This document shows positions 48,267-58,150 of a DNA stretch of 64,000 bases, piece by piece. The notes under the pieces are model-generated. The model did not search any database. It worked only from the letters and a program-made list of their open reading frames with translations, and was not told the origin of the DNA. Each line of letters starts with the position of its first letter. Position 1 is the stretch's first letter. The translations under genes were made by a program, and so were the position numbers. Source of the stretch: an uncultured Anaerolineales bacterium (GTDB lineage: Bacteria > Chloroflexota > Anaerolineae > Anaerolineales > UBA11858); NCBI GenBank assembly GCA_964406305.1, contig CAYORF010000002.1, positions 130-64,129 on the forward strand. Reading direction: 5' to 3'.

Positions 48267-49511
48267 ATGGGACATACCTTGGCAGAAAAGATTATTGGAA
48301 ACAGGATTGGACGAGAAGTAAAGGTTGATGAGTTTGTGATAGCTCCGGTGGATGTACTCTTTGCTCATGAAGGGACGGGACCATTAGCATTGGACCAATT
48401 AGAAGTAATGGGGAAAGGGAAGATAGCCACCACTGGTCTTTTCTTTTCCGACCACGCAGCACCCCCACCTCGCAAAGAGCTGGCTGATGTTCAAAGACGA
48501 TTACGCTCCTTTGCTGAGGAGGTTGGGGCTGAGTTCCATCAGCCAGGAACGGGAATCTGCCACCAGCTGGTGGCAGAAGAATGGGCCATTCCAGGACAAA
48601 TCATAATTGGTGCTGATTCCCACACTTGTAGTGCTGGTGCGTTGGGCGCTTTCGGCACTGGTATGGGATCTACAGATGTTGCTATCGCTCTGGCTTTGGG
48701 TAAGATTTGGCTCCGGATTCCTGAGACCATCCGGGTTGAGATTCATGGGCAGCTGCCAAAAGGTGTTTACGCCAAAGATGTGATCTTGCATTTAATCGGG
48801 TACCTTGGAGCAGATGGAGCGATCTATAAAGCCCTGGAATACGGGGGTCCGACTGTGGATGCGATGAGCATCGAGGAACGGTTGACCCTGGCAAATATGG
48901 CTGTTGAGGCGGGGGCGAAAGCCGGCCTGTGCGCTGCCGACGAGACTACCCGGGAATATTTGGAAAAGCGAGGGCGCGTTCAAGATTACCAGGCGATTGA
49001 ACCGGACCCGGATGCTCATTACGAAAGAGTGGTCGAACTGGATGTCAGCCAGATCACCCCTCAGGTTGCTTTCCCCCACTTTGTGGATAATATTCACTCC
49101 ATCGAAGAGGTAGAGGAGATACCCCTTGACCAGGTGTTTATTGGCACCTGCACCAATGGGCGGTTATCTGATCTTCGGGTAGCAGCTCAGATATTGAAAG
49201 GGGAACAGATTGACCCTCGTCTGCGGCTGTTGGTGGGACCGGCTTCCCGCCAGGTATACAAGGATGCAATTAAAGAGGGGCTGATCGACATATTTATCGA
49301 TGCCGGAGGCACAATCCTTCCCCCGGGATGCGGGCCTTGTGTGGGCGTTCATCAAGGCGTACTGGCCGAGGGAGAACGCTGTCTTTCCACCCAGAATCGG
49401 AATTTCAAAGGGCGGATGGGCAATCCGGAGTCTGAGATCTATTTGGCTTCACCAGCAACGGCAGCTGCATCGGCGATCACGGGTATTATCACAGATCCAC
49501 GAACCTTGTAA
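48267..49511 (+). CDS. hacA: Homoaconitase / isopropylmalate-isomerase-type large subunit (short archaeal-like form)
   Basis: Starts MGHTLAEKII behind AGGAG. Contains GADSHT, GTCTNGR and CGPCVG cluster-ligand motifs. Confidence 0.85.
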   Translation: MGHTLAEKIIGNRIGREVKVDEFVIAPVDVLFAHEGTGPLALDQLEVMGKGKIATTGLFFSDHAAPPPRKELADVQRRLRSFAEEVGAEFHQPGTGICHQLVAEEWAIPGQIIIGADSHTCSAGALGAFGTGMGSTDVAIALALGKIWLRIPETIRVEIHGQLPKGVYAKDVILHLIGYLGADGAIYKALEYGGPTVDAMSIEERLTLANMAVEAGAKAGLCAADETTREYLEKRGRVQDYQAIEPDPDAHYERVVELDVSQITPQVAFPHFVDNIHSIEEVEEIPLDQVFIGTCTNGRLSDLRVAAQILKGEQIDPRLRLLVGPASRQVYKDAIKEGLIDIFIDAGGTILPPGCGPCVGVHQGVLAEGERCLSTQNRNFKGRMGNPESEIYLASPATAAASAITGIITDPRTL

Positions 49512-49538
49512 GGTAACAGGAAATCAGTGGAGGAAAAC

Positions 49539-50039
49539 ATGGAAAAAATCATTCAAGGTCCTATCTGGCGTTTTGGGGATGGGATCAGCACCGATCACAT
49601 CACACCAGGTAGGTATTACCACCTCCGGGGTGATCTCTCAGCTTTGGCTAAACATACTCTAGAAGATGAAAATCCGGACTTTGCTCAGAACGCCAAACCG
49701 GGTGACATCATAGCCGCCGGTAAGAACTTTGGACAAGGATCCTCCCGAGAACATGCCGCGTTGGTGCTCAAAGAGAGGGGTATTCTAGCTGTATTATCCC
49801 CTTCATTCGCCCGTATCTTTTATCGCAATGCTGTCAATGTGGGTGTCCTCCCCATCATCTGTGAGACAGAGGGCTTTCAGGATGGTGACGCAATCCGGAT
49901 TGATTTGGCAGAAGGTCAGGTTACAAATCTGACCCAGAACTTAGTACACCCATTTTCTCCACTTCCTCCTATCATGAGGGAGATCCTGGAGGATGGAGGC
50001 CTTGTCCCCCATGTGCTAGAACGAGGAGGGTTGGGATGA
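49539..50039 (+). CDS. hacB: Homoaconitase-type small subunit
   Basis: Contains NFGQGSSREHAALVL. The ATG at 49539 lies 5 nt after GGAGG. Confidence 0.85.
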   Translation: MEKIIQGPIWRFGDGISTDHITPGRYYHLRGDLSALAKHTLEDENPDFAQNAKPGDIIAAGKNFGQGSSREHAALVLKERGILAVLSPSFARIFYRNAVNVGVLPIICETEGFQDGDAIRIDLAEGQVTNLTQNLVHPFSPLPPIMREILEDGGLVPHVLERGGLG

Positions 50040-51043
50040 GTTCTCATGAAGTGGTGCTAATCCCCGGGGATGGCATCGGCCCAGAGGTAGCAAGCGCAGC
50101 GCAGGCTGTGATCGATGCCACCGGAGTCGATATCAGATGGCATACTTACCAGGCAGGCATCGCTTCCCTGGAGGAGGGAGACAGATCCTTACCTGAGGAG
50201 CTCCTGGAGGCTATCCGCCAATATGGCATCGCGCTGAAAGGGCCCCTCACTACCCCCGTTGGGGGCGGTTTTTCCAGCGTGAATGTGGCTCTCCGCCAGC
50301 GGTTGGGGCTATACGCTAATCTGCGCCCAGTGCGGACTATCCCGGGAGCCCCCAGCCGGTACCAGGACGTAGACCTGGTCATTATCCGGGAGAACACGGA
50401 AGGCCTCTATAGCGGCGATGAGCGCTGGGAAGACGACGATTCGGTAGTAGGGTTGAAAAGGGTCACACGGGAGGCCAGTCTCCGCATCGCCCGATTCGCC
50501 TTCAACTTTGCTTCCCAGCACGGTCGCGGAAAGGTCACCGCTACCCACAAGGCCAATATACTTAAGGAGTCCGATGGGCTTTTCCTGACCTGTGCCCGGG
50601 AGGTAGCCAAAGCCTATCCTCAGGTCCATTTTACGGATCGCATTATTGACGCACTGTGCATGGACCTGGTGATGGATCCCAACCAACATGATGTTTTATT
50701 ATGCCCCAATCTTTACGGAGACATCATTTCCGACTTAGCAGCAGGACTTGTGGGCGGGTTAGGCAATGTCCCTAGCGCCAACATCGGCCAAGATGCTGCT
50801 ATCTTTGAAGCTGTACATGGCTCCGCACCTGACATCGTTGGTAAAGGGATCGCCAATCCCACGGCACTAGTTTTGGCCGGGGTAATGATGCTCTCTCATT
50901 TAGGAGAGGATGAAGCAGCCGAGAAATTGTCAAAGAGCGTGCGAAACCTGTATGAGAGTGGTGGACCGCTAACCCCTGATTTAGGTGGGGAGGCTACAAC
51001 CGAGGACATGACGCGAGAGTTGGTATCGAACTTAAAACTATAG
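50036..51043 (+). CDS. Homoisocitrate / isocitrate-family beta-decarboxylating dehydrogenase
   Basis: 335 aa. Contains IPGDGIGPEV and NLYGDIISD. ATGA overlap with hacB. Confidence 0.85.
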   Translation: MSSHEVVLIPGDGIGPEVASAAQAVIDATGVDIRWHTYQAGIASLEEGDRSLPEELLEAIRQYGIALKGPLTTPVGGGFSSVNVALRQRLGLYANLRPVRTIPGAPSRYQDVDLVIIRENTEGLYSGDERWEDDDSVVGLKRVTREASLRIARFAFNFASQHGRGKVTATHKANILKESDGLFLTCAREVAKAYPQVHFTDRIIDALCMDLVMDPNQHDVLLCPNLYGDIISDLAAGLVGGLGNVPSANIGQDAAIFEAVHGSAPDIVGKGIANPTALVLAGVMMLSHLGEDEAAEKLSKSVRNLYESGGPLTPDLGGEATTEDMTRELVSNLKL

Positions 51044-51082
51044 AGAAAAGTAAGAAGGGATGAGTATAAAGGATCATTAAAT

Positions 51083-52858
51083 ATGGGAATACAACCAGAC
51101 GAGTTTAAGTTACTAGAAGATAAAGCCATCATTTATTCCACTGGCAGGATCTGTGAGACATCTGGTGAATTTCTCAGGAGTCAACCATTCAGAACCTTTC
51201 TGGAAACTGTTTTGGGGAATCTTACTGATAGAAATTCACGCCTGATAAACATTTTTAGCTCTCACCCCATTAATGAAAAGACCATCACACTCTTAATTGA
51301 TATCTTTTATTATCTGACCATATTAGACCAAAGTGTGATTCCTAATATCCTACCTGAGTCGGAAGTGTTTTTTAAAGATCCAAATCTTTTAACTGAATTT
51401 GTCGAATACTTGTATAACGCCTGGCGTGATTACGATCGGATACTCATCGTCTCCGGCTTTCAGGGAGAAGCGTTAGACGACAGGCCGTACCGGACGTTCA
51501 ACGAAACCGTGGAGAAGTTGATGCATTTAGTCAGGGGAACCTATCGAGACATTAAAGAAAACATCGATAGACAGCATCCTCGTATTTTTCGTCAGGCCAG
51601 GGCTGGGGTGAACATTGCCACTATTGTCTCGAAGAAAGCTTTCATGTCAGCATGGGTGGATGACTTTGGTCCTCCATACACAAAATTGCAGCCAATTCCC
51701 ATCATCCGGCATGTGCTGTTGTATCCCCCGCTGGTACTTAATCCACCCATGAACCGGCGAACTGGACAATTTCAGCGTGTGGACGAGAACCCCCTGGATC
51801 GAATAGAACTCAATCAGGGAGAGTGGATCTGCTATCCTGCAAAGGTTGGGGAGTTGCTGATTACGACCTATATCCATGAGAAATTTCTCGAATTAGGGCT
51901 TTCTCTATGCAACCTGTTTGAACTTGCCAGCGATGAGGATCTGGAAAAACAACCAGACGCTGTGTATTTGTTTGGCGTACCAGGGGACGTCCTAGATTGT
52001 TATGGATCGCTGCCCACGGTTTTCTATGATGACCAGGAGGGGGATATATTGGTGGGTGCTGTCCCCAACGAGGACCGTTTCGGTTATTTTGGGTATTTGA
52101 AGAAGATGATACTGACTTTACACAACATTAAGATGATGAAAAGAGGTCGCATGCCATTTCATGGAGCGATGGTCGAAATCATATTGAATGACAAGACCAA
52201 CACCATTGTCCTCGTCGGCGATAGTGGTGCAGGGAAATCTGAGACATTGGAGGCTTTCCGGGTGTTGTGTGAAGGTGAGCTCCAGGACATGGTCATCATT
52301 GCGGATGACATGGGTACGATCAATATCGAAAACGGAATAGCAAAGGGATATGGCACGGAGATTGGTGCCTTTATCCGTTTGGATGATTTGCAGCCAGGGT
52401 ACGAGTTTGGGCAGATGGGACGAGCTATATTTATGAGCCCAAACAAAACCAATGCCCGGCTATTGCTGCCAGTGGTCTCACATCTTGATGTAGTGCGAGG
52501 GAGCAAGATTGATATGATCTTCTACGCCAATAACTACCAGGAGGTGAATGAGGATTATCAGATCATCGAGCGCTTTAGCGACAGTGAGTCAGCCCTGGAG
52601 GTGTTCCGGGAAGGAATAGTAATGAGTAAGGGGACAACTACATCGGAGGGTATTACCAAGACCTATTTTGCAAATGTCTTCGGTCCTCCACAATACAAGG
52701 ACTTGCATGAGGAAATTGCCCAATCAACTTTCGAACACCTCTTTGATCAGGATGTTTTCTTGGGTCAAATCAGGACCCGGCTGGGGCTTCCAGGCTGGGA
52801 AATAAAGGGTCCGGAAGCTGCAGCCCGGGCGATGATTGAATTAATTACAGAAGCTTAG
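51083..52858 (+). CDS. Hypothetical 591-aa protein with a C-terminal HprK/PEPCK-like P-loop kinase region and an unrecognised N-terminal 350 aa
   Basis: Contains MPFHGAMVEIILNDKTNTIVLVGDSGAGKSETLEAF (P-loop at nt 52217-52243), followed by MVIIADDMGTI and GYGTEIGAFIRL. This string order resembles the HPr kinase/phosphorylase and ATP-PEPCK nucleotide-binding cores. Confidence 0.6.
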   Translation: MGIQPDEFKLLEDKAIIYSTGRICETSGEFLRSQPFRTFLETVLGNLTDRNSRLINIFSSHPINEKTITLLIDIFYYLTILDQSVIPNILPESEVFFKDPNLLTEFVEYLYNAWRDYDRILIVSGFQGEALDDRPYRTFNETVEKLMHLVRGTYRDIKENIDRQHPRIFRQARAGVNIATIVSKKAFMSAWVDDFGPPYTKLQPIPIIRHVLLYPPLVLNPPMNRRTGQFQRVDENPLDRIELNQGEWICYPAKVGELLITTYIHEKFLELGLSLCNLFELASDEDLEKQPDAVYLFGVPGDVLDCYGSLPTVFYDDQEGDILVGAVPNEDRFGYFGYLKKMILTLHNIKMMKRGRMPFHGAMVEIILNDKTNTIVLVGDSGAGKSETLEAFRVLCEGELQDMVIIADDMGTINIENGIAKGYGTEIGAFIRLDDLQPGYEFGQMGRAIFMSPNKTNARLLLPVVSHLDVVRGSKIDMIFYANNYQEVNEDYQIIERFSDSESALEVFREGIVMSKGTTTSEGITKTYFANVFGPPQYKDLHEEIAQSTFEHLFDQDVFLGQIRTRLGLPGWEIKGPEAAARAMIELITEA

Positions 52859-52944
52859 ATAATCCAGGAATGGCGGATGGTGCAAATTATCCAAGTAAGT
52901 GGATGGCAGACCGCCTTTCTCAAAGTCCACAGGTAGGAGAAAGT

Positions 52945-54141
52945 ATGGTAACAAAGCAAACGACGTCAGCGGAAGATTTGATTGCCCTGGAGGACCAGTA
53001 TTCGAGTGGGGTTGCTCCTAAACAACCCATCGTCCTGAGCCGGGGGGAGGGAGCCCGCCTCTGGGATGTGGAAGGGATCGAATATGTGGACTGCACCAGT
53101 GGTCACGGTGTAGCAAATGTGGGACATGCTAACCCTGTTATTATTGAGGCTATAACTCAGCAAGCAAGACAGTTGATTACTGCCCCGAATGATTTTTACA
53201 ATGACAAACGTGCCCAACTCTTATCAGAGTTGGTGCGCATCGCTCCGGATGGGTTAGAGCGCGCTTTCCTGTGCAACTCCGGGGCAGAAGCAGTAGAGGG
53301 AGCAATTAAATTCGCTCGGCTTGCCACCAGCAGGACCAAGATCATTTCCACCAAGCGAGGTTTTCATGGTCGGACATTGGGAGCACTATCCGCTACCTGG
53401 AATAAATCCTATCGGAAACCTTTTGAGCCGCTGGTATCCGGCTTTGAGTTTGTTCCTTATAATCAGCTGGAACAAATAAAGCGGGTGGTGGACGAAGAAA
53501 CAGCAGCTGTCATCATAGAGGTTGTCCAAGGGGAAGGTGGTGTTTTCCCAGCTAAAGTTGAGTTTTTATATGGCGTGCAAACCTTGTGCCGAGCCAATGG
53601 GGCACTGTTAATTCTTGATGAGGTACAAACCGGGTTCGGCCGGACAGGGAAGATGTTTGCTTGTGAACACTTTAATCTGGAGCCGGATTTGATGACTGTG
53701 GCGAAGGGTATAGCTGGTGGTGTGCCCATGGGTGCGGTGTTGATTGGTGCTCGGGTGGGGGATTTACCCAAAAAGATCCATGGTTCTACCTTTGGGGGTA
53801 ATGCGCTAGCGTGTGCAGCAGCCCTGGCAACGATCAATTTTATTGAGTCCGAGGATCTCCCCCAGCGGGCGGCCGAATTGGGAGAGCGGCTCATGGATGG
53901 ATTAAGAGCCATTGACTCTCCGGTTGTACGAGAAGTGCGGGGTTTAGGTTTGATGGTCGGTATGCAATTAAAGATGAGAGCCGGCAAATATTTAGCAAAA
54001 CTTGCAGAACCGATGGATGGATTGGGTGTGCTGGCCCTTTCAGCAGGTTCAACCGTGATGCGGTTCTTGCCCCCACTGGTGATCAGTGAGGATGATGTGG
54101 ATTTAGTTGTGAGCCGGGTGGAAGAAGTTTTTAAGGATTAG
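52945..54141 (+). CDS. lysJ: LysJ/ArgD-type class III aminotransferase
   Basis: Contains SGHGVANVGHANP, LILDEVQTGFGRTGK and TVAKGIAGG. I chose the start at the ATG behind AGGAGA; the track ORF starts at 52870. Confidence 0.88.
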   Translation: MVTKQTTSAEDLIALEDQYSSGVAPKQPIVLSRGEGARLWDVEGIEYVDCTSGHGVANVGHANPVIIEAITQQARQLITAPNDFYNDKRAQLLSELVRIAPDGLERAFLCNSGAEAVEGAIKFARLATSRTKIISTKRGFHGRTLGALSATWNKSYRKPFEPLVSGFEFVPYNQLEQIKRVVDEETAAVIIEVVQGEGGVFPAKVEFLYGVQTLCRANGALLILDEVQTGFGRTGKMFACEHFNLEPDLMTVAKGIAGGVPMGAVLIGARVGDLPKKIHGSTFGGNALACAAALATINFIESEDLPQRAAELGERLMDGLRAIDSPVVREVRGLGLMVGMQLKMRAGKYLAKLAEPMDGLGVLALSAGSTVMRFLPPLVISEDDVDLVVSRVEEVFKD

Positions 54142-54143
54142 AA

Positions 54144-55199
54144 ATGACAGCTGATGGAATTGCGTTTCTGGAAGAGTTGCTCCGTATACCCAGCCTTTCT
54201 GGCCAGGAAGATGCCTTTGCTGACTATCTCCTCCAGCAGATGAAGAGGTTTGGCTTTCGAGCGCACCGTGACCAGGTGGGAAATGTCATCGGAGAGGTAG
54301 GCAATCCACAAGCGAGTAAGACCCTTGCCCTGTTGGGTCATATGGATACAGTGCCCGGGGAGATCCATGTCCGCCGGGCAGAGGGATGCCTATACGGACG
54401 CGGTTCAGTGGATGCTAAAGGACCGCTGGCAGCATTTGTGCTGGCTGCAGCGCAGGTACAGTCTCAATTAGACGACACTCGCGTGTTGGTGATTGGCGCT
54501 GTAGAAGAGGAGGCTCATTCGCGGGGAGCGCACCACCTGACAGAGACTCTAAAACCGCCTGATGGTGTCATCATAGGTGAACCCAGTAGTTGGCAAAGCA
54601 TTACCTTGGGCTACAAAGGAACATTGAGTGTGAATTACCAACTGACCCAAGCAGCCGGACATTCTGCTGGTAATCAATCTCCGCCGGCAGAGGAGGCGGT
54701 TGCTTTCTGGAACCGATTGGTCGAGTATACCGCTGAATATAACCAAGACCGCCGACCACCGTGTTTTGACACACTTGATCACAACTTGCGCTCCTTTTGC
54801 ACCCAAAGCGATGGGTTGGAAGATAGCGCCCAGATGGAGATCGGACTCCGATTACCATTGGGTTTGAAAGAATCTTCCCTCAAGAAGGAAATTCGGGGAT
54901 GGAGTGATGGACCAAGAGTGACTTTTCCATACAGCGAACCTCCATTCCGGACAGAGAAGAATACGTCGGTCGTGAGAGCGCTGTTACGAGCCATCCGCTC
55001 CGCGGGAGGTCAGCCCCGGTTTAAACTAAAGACTGGAACCTCGGATATGAACGTGGTTGGTCCAGTCTGGGGTTGTCCTATTGCAGCTTATGGACCTGGT
55101 GACTCTAATCTTGATCATTCACCGGATGAGCACATCCGTATCAGTGAGTTCCAAAGAGGTGTCATGGTTCTTGCCAAAATGATAACCTATTGGCAGTAA
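54144..55199 (+). CDS. lysK: LysK/ArgE-type M20 deacylase ([LysW]-lysine/ornithine hydrolase)
   Basis: 351 aa. Contains LLGHMDTVPG and GRGSVDAKG motifs. Confidence 0.85.
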   Translation: MTADGIAFLEELLRIPSLSGQEDAFADYLLQQMKRFGFRAHRDQVGNVIGEVGNPQASKTLALLGHMDTVPGEIHVRRAEGCLYGRGSVDAKGPLAAFVLAAAQVQSQLDDTRVLVIGAVEEEAHSRGAHHLTETLKPPDGVIIGEPSSWQSITLGYKGTLSVNYQLTQAAGHSAGNQSPPAEEAVAFWNRLVEYTAEYNQDRRPPCFDTLDHNLRSFCTQSDGLEDSAQMEIGLRLPLGLKESSLKKEIRGWSDGPRVTFPYSEPPFRTEKNTSVVRALLRAIRSAGGQPRFKLKTGTSDMNVVGPVWGCPIAAYGPGDSNLDHSPDEHIRISEFQRGVMVLAKMITYWQ

Positions 55200-55398
55200 C
55201 CAATTATCGTTGAGATAAGAAAGATGAGACAAGAGAAGCTGAACGTAGAGGTCAATGGTATGTTGGATCAATCTGCTATACGTCTTAACCAAAGAGCTAG
55301 CATTCGGTGCATCTGCCGGAGTAAACTTGTGATTTCAGTACATTCGACAAAGCGGATTTGATGCCAATCTTTTATGCTCCTCCTTGAAATCAGCTAAC

Positions 55399-55427
55399 TT
55401 GACAGTTCCATTTCAATACGGTATAAA
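55399..55427 (+). promoter_or_regulatory. Sigma-70-like promoter of the trp operon
   Basis: TTGACA, a 17-nt spacer, then TATAAA. Confidence 0.55.
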
Positions 55428-55433
55428 GGTTAT

Positions 55434-55830
55434 CAACAGGTTATTAAAAATAAATCAACTGTGAAGAGGGAATAGTAAGCGGCGAAACGCTGGTTCAGAG
55501 AGCAAGGGGTTGGTGAAAACCTTGCCCAGACGCCACCGCTGAATGGACCTCAGAGTTGCAGGGCGAACAGGTTCCTAGAAGAAAATGACCAAAATAGCCC
55601 GAGCCGGGGTTGCTACCGTTACCAAAGCATTGGTTCCGTTGCGTGATAACTTTATTTCCGGTTGGAAATAAAAGAACCTATCATACTTCCGGATCAAGAA
55701 TAAGTGAGGCTGGTTTCTACATTTCCCGTTGTTTCACCAACGGGATCTTGTTGTTAACATCAAAGACAGCCTACACAGGGTGGCACCGCGGGAATCGCCT
55801 CTCGTCCCTGAGACTTGAGGCGATTTTAAT
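55434..55830 (+). promoter_or_regulatory. T-box riboswitch leader, Trp (UGG) specifier
   Basis: It has an AGAGA box (55496-55500) and a GGUGAAAA distal loop. The specifier string is GAA-UGG-A, with UGG at 55544-55546. The T-box motif is GGGUGGCACCGCGG (55778-55791). The terminator is AATCGCCTC...GAGGCGATT followed by TTAATTT (55793-55830). Confidence 0.85.
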
Positions 55831-55854
55831 TTAAACCTACTTTAGGAAAGAAAT

Positions 55855-57378
55855 ATGATGGTGCATTCTGTTTCAAAACCGAAGAATGATTTTAACCTTC
55901 TCCCTGTGACACGAGAAATCCCAGGTGATTTGGATTCACCTCTCTCAGTGTACCTTAAGCTGGTTGGGGATGGACCTTCCTTTTTACTGGAAAGTGTCAC
56001 CGGCGGAAACCATGTCGCACGTTACTCATTTATTGGGACTGCGTTGAACCATGCCTATGTAATCCGCGGTCAAACTTTAGAGCACCATACTCCCCAGGGT
56101 ATTGAGAGCATTCACACCAATAAAGAGGGGGATATCTTAGGTAGATTGAAAACAGAATTGGAAAAGTATAAGCAAAAGAATGTTCCCAACTTGCCCCGAT
56201 TTACTGGAGGGCTTGTGGGATATTTGGGATACGACTCAATCCGTTATTTTGAGCCCCGGGTTCAGCTTTCTCCACATCCTGAACTGCCTGATGGTATCTT
56301 CTTATTGGCCGACACGATAGTCGCCTACGATCATGCTTTTGGACGCTTGGTATTAATTACCAATGTCCCCTTTAATGGAGACCTGGAGCAGGCTACCACC
56401 CTAGCAAAAACACGTTTAGACCAGCTGGAAGCGCGTTTGAAAAAGCCTCTCTCTCTAAAATCCGAAATAGGCCCAGTCCACCAAACTACTGAACTGCGCT
56501 CTAACATGAGTGAGGATCAATTTTCTCAGATTGTGTTCCAAGCTAAAGACCATATTGTCGCCGGAGATATTTTTCAGGTCGTACTTGCCCAACGTTTAAG
56601 CAGAGAAACGACAGCATCTCCCATAAATATTTACCGTGCCCTTCGTCGCCTCAATCCTTCTCCATATATGTTCCATTTGAACTTTGGAAATTTGGTTTCT
56701 CAGGAAGACTCCTTCCACCTGATTGGTGCTTCGCCTGAAATGCACGCCCGTCTGGAGAGTCAGCTGGCAACCCTTCGGCCGATTGCAGGAACCCGGCCCA
56801 GAGGACAAACTTCCCAAGAGGATGAAACCCTGGCTGGCCAACTCCTTGCGGATCCCAAAGAACGCGCTGAGCATGTCATGCTGGTCGATCTCGGCCGTAA
56901 TGACCTGGGGCGTGTGTGTAACTATGGCACAGTGCAAGTCACCGAAAGGATGGCTATTGAGCGTTATTCTCATGTGATGCATATTGCCTCTCAGGTTGAA
57001 GGACACTTGCACTCATCGAAGGATGCTTTTGACTTGCTTAGGGCCACTTTCCCGGCCGGGACGGTCAGCGGAGCACCAAAAATTCGAGCTATGCAAATCA
57101 TTCATGCTTTAGAGCAGGAACCCCGCGGTCCGTATGCTGGGGTGGTGGGTTATTTCTCTTTCAATGGATCCCTTGACACCTGCATCACGATTCGGACCAT
57201 AGTAATGCAGGATCAGAAGGTAAACATCACCGCCGGAGCAGGGATCGTGGCTGATTCAGACCCAAAGAGAGAATATAAGGAAACGCTCAATAAGGCTCAA
57301 GCATTGGCAGTCGCTGTTGATAAGGCGGAAGAGTTGAGCGAGTTAGATGGTACTCAGAACACAAGGATAAACGGATGA
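55855..57378 (+). CDS. trpE: Anthranilate synthase component I
   Basis: 507 aa. Contains LLESV, FPAGTVSGAPK and GAGIVADSDP motifs. Confidence 0.94.
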   Translation: MMVHSVSKPKNDFNLLPVTREIPGDLDSPLSVYLKLVGDGPSFLLESVTGGNHVARYSFIGTALNHAYVIRGQTLEHHTPQGIESIHTNKEGDILGRLKTELEKYKQKNVPNLPRFTGGLVGYLGYDSIRYFEPRVQLSPHPELPDGIFLLADTIVAYDHAFGRLVLITNVPFNGDLEQATTLAKTRLDQLEARLKKPLSLKSEIGPVHQTTELRSNMSEDQFSQIVFQAKDHIVAGDIFQVVLAQRLSRETTASPINIYRALRRLNPSPYMFHLNFGNLVSQEDSFHLIGASPEMHARLESQLATLRPIAGTRPRGQTSQEDETLAGQLLADPKERAEHVMLVDLGRNDLGRVCNYGTVQVTERMAIERYSHVMHIASQVEGHLHSSKDAFDLLRATFPAGTVSGAPKIRAMQIIHALEQEPRGPYAGVVGYFSFNGSLDTCITIRTIVMQDQKVNITAGAGIVADSDPKREYKETLNKAQALAVAVDKAEELSELDGTQNTRING

Positions 57379-57956
57379 TCGCGGTTATTGATAATTATGA
57401 TTCATTTACCTATAACTTGGTTCAGTACATTGGAGAACTGGGAGAAGAAGTAGTTGTTTATCGGAACGACGCAGTTTCCATCCCAGTCTTAGAAAACCAA
57501 AAGCCTGGCGCAATTTTGATTTCTCCGGGTCCAGGAAGGCCCTCGGACGCTGGAATCTCTTCCGAGGTGATTCTTACTCTTGGGAGATACATTCCCCTCC
57601 TGGGAGTTTGTCTAGGACATCAATGTATCGCTGAAGCCTTTGGGGGGGTTGTGAAACGCGCCTCTACCCTGATGCATGGGAAAACATCAATGATTCATCA
57701 CAATTCCAGCCCCATCTTCCAGGATATTCCCACCCCTTTCGAAGCTACTCGCTATCATTCCTTGATTGTAGTACAGGAGGGTTTCCCTCCAGAATTAGAG
57801 GTCACTGCCACCACACAGAAGGGTGAAATTATGGCTCTTCATCACAGAGAATACCCCATATTTGGGGTGCAGTTTCATCCCGAATCTTTCCTCACCACTC
57901 ACGGGAAAAAGCTGCTGGAGAATTTTCTGACTATTAACGGGCAGGGAAATCAATGA
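57375..57956 (+). CDS. trpG: Anthranilate synthase component II (glutamine amidotransferase)
   Basis: 193 aa. Contains ISPGPGRP, GVCLGHQ and FHPES. Confidence 0.93.
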   Translation: MIAVIDNYDSFTYNLVQYIGELGEEVVVYRNDAVSIPVLENQKPGAILISPGPGRPSDAGISSEVILTLGRYIPLLGVCLGHQCIAEAFGGVVKRASTLMHGKTSMIHHNSSPIFQDIPTPFEATRYHSLIVVQEGFPPELEVTATTQKGEIMALHHREYPIFGVQFHPESFLTTHGKKLLENFLTINGQGNQ

Positions 57957-58150
57957 CAAACAAAAAGACATTAAAAGACTAGTATTTAGACTTCGATCCT
58001 CTCGATAACCTGGAGCGCTTCAAAAGAATCATTGGTCATTTCCGTCTTTTAACAGTCAAAAGAGATCAAATAGATATGACACCAAGACTAGATCAAACGA
58101 ACAGAAAAAGCTCAATATTCATTATCCGATGTATGTAAGAGGAGGTTCCC

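Noticed and set aside
37876-55199. Apparent higher GC of the arg/lys block relative to the ilv and aro blocks, as evidence of horizontal acquisition
   Set aside because: Hand counts of a few 60-nt lines ranged widely and overlapped between blocks (about 42-52% in ilv/aro lines against 33-65% in arg/lys lines). A proper sliding-window calculation is needed before any claim.
55610-55834. 74-aa ORF inside the trp leader
   Set aside because: It overlaps the T-box motif and terminator. The region is explained as structured leader RNA.
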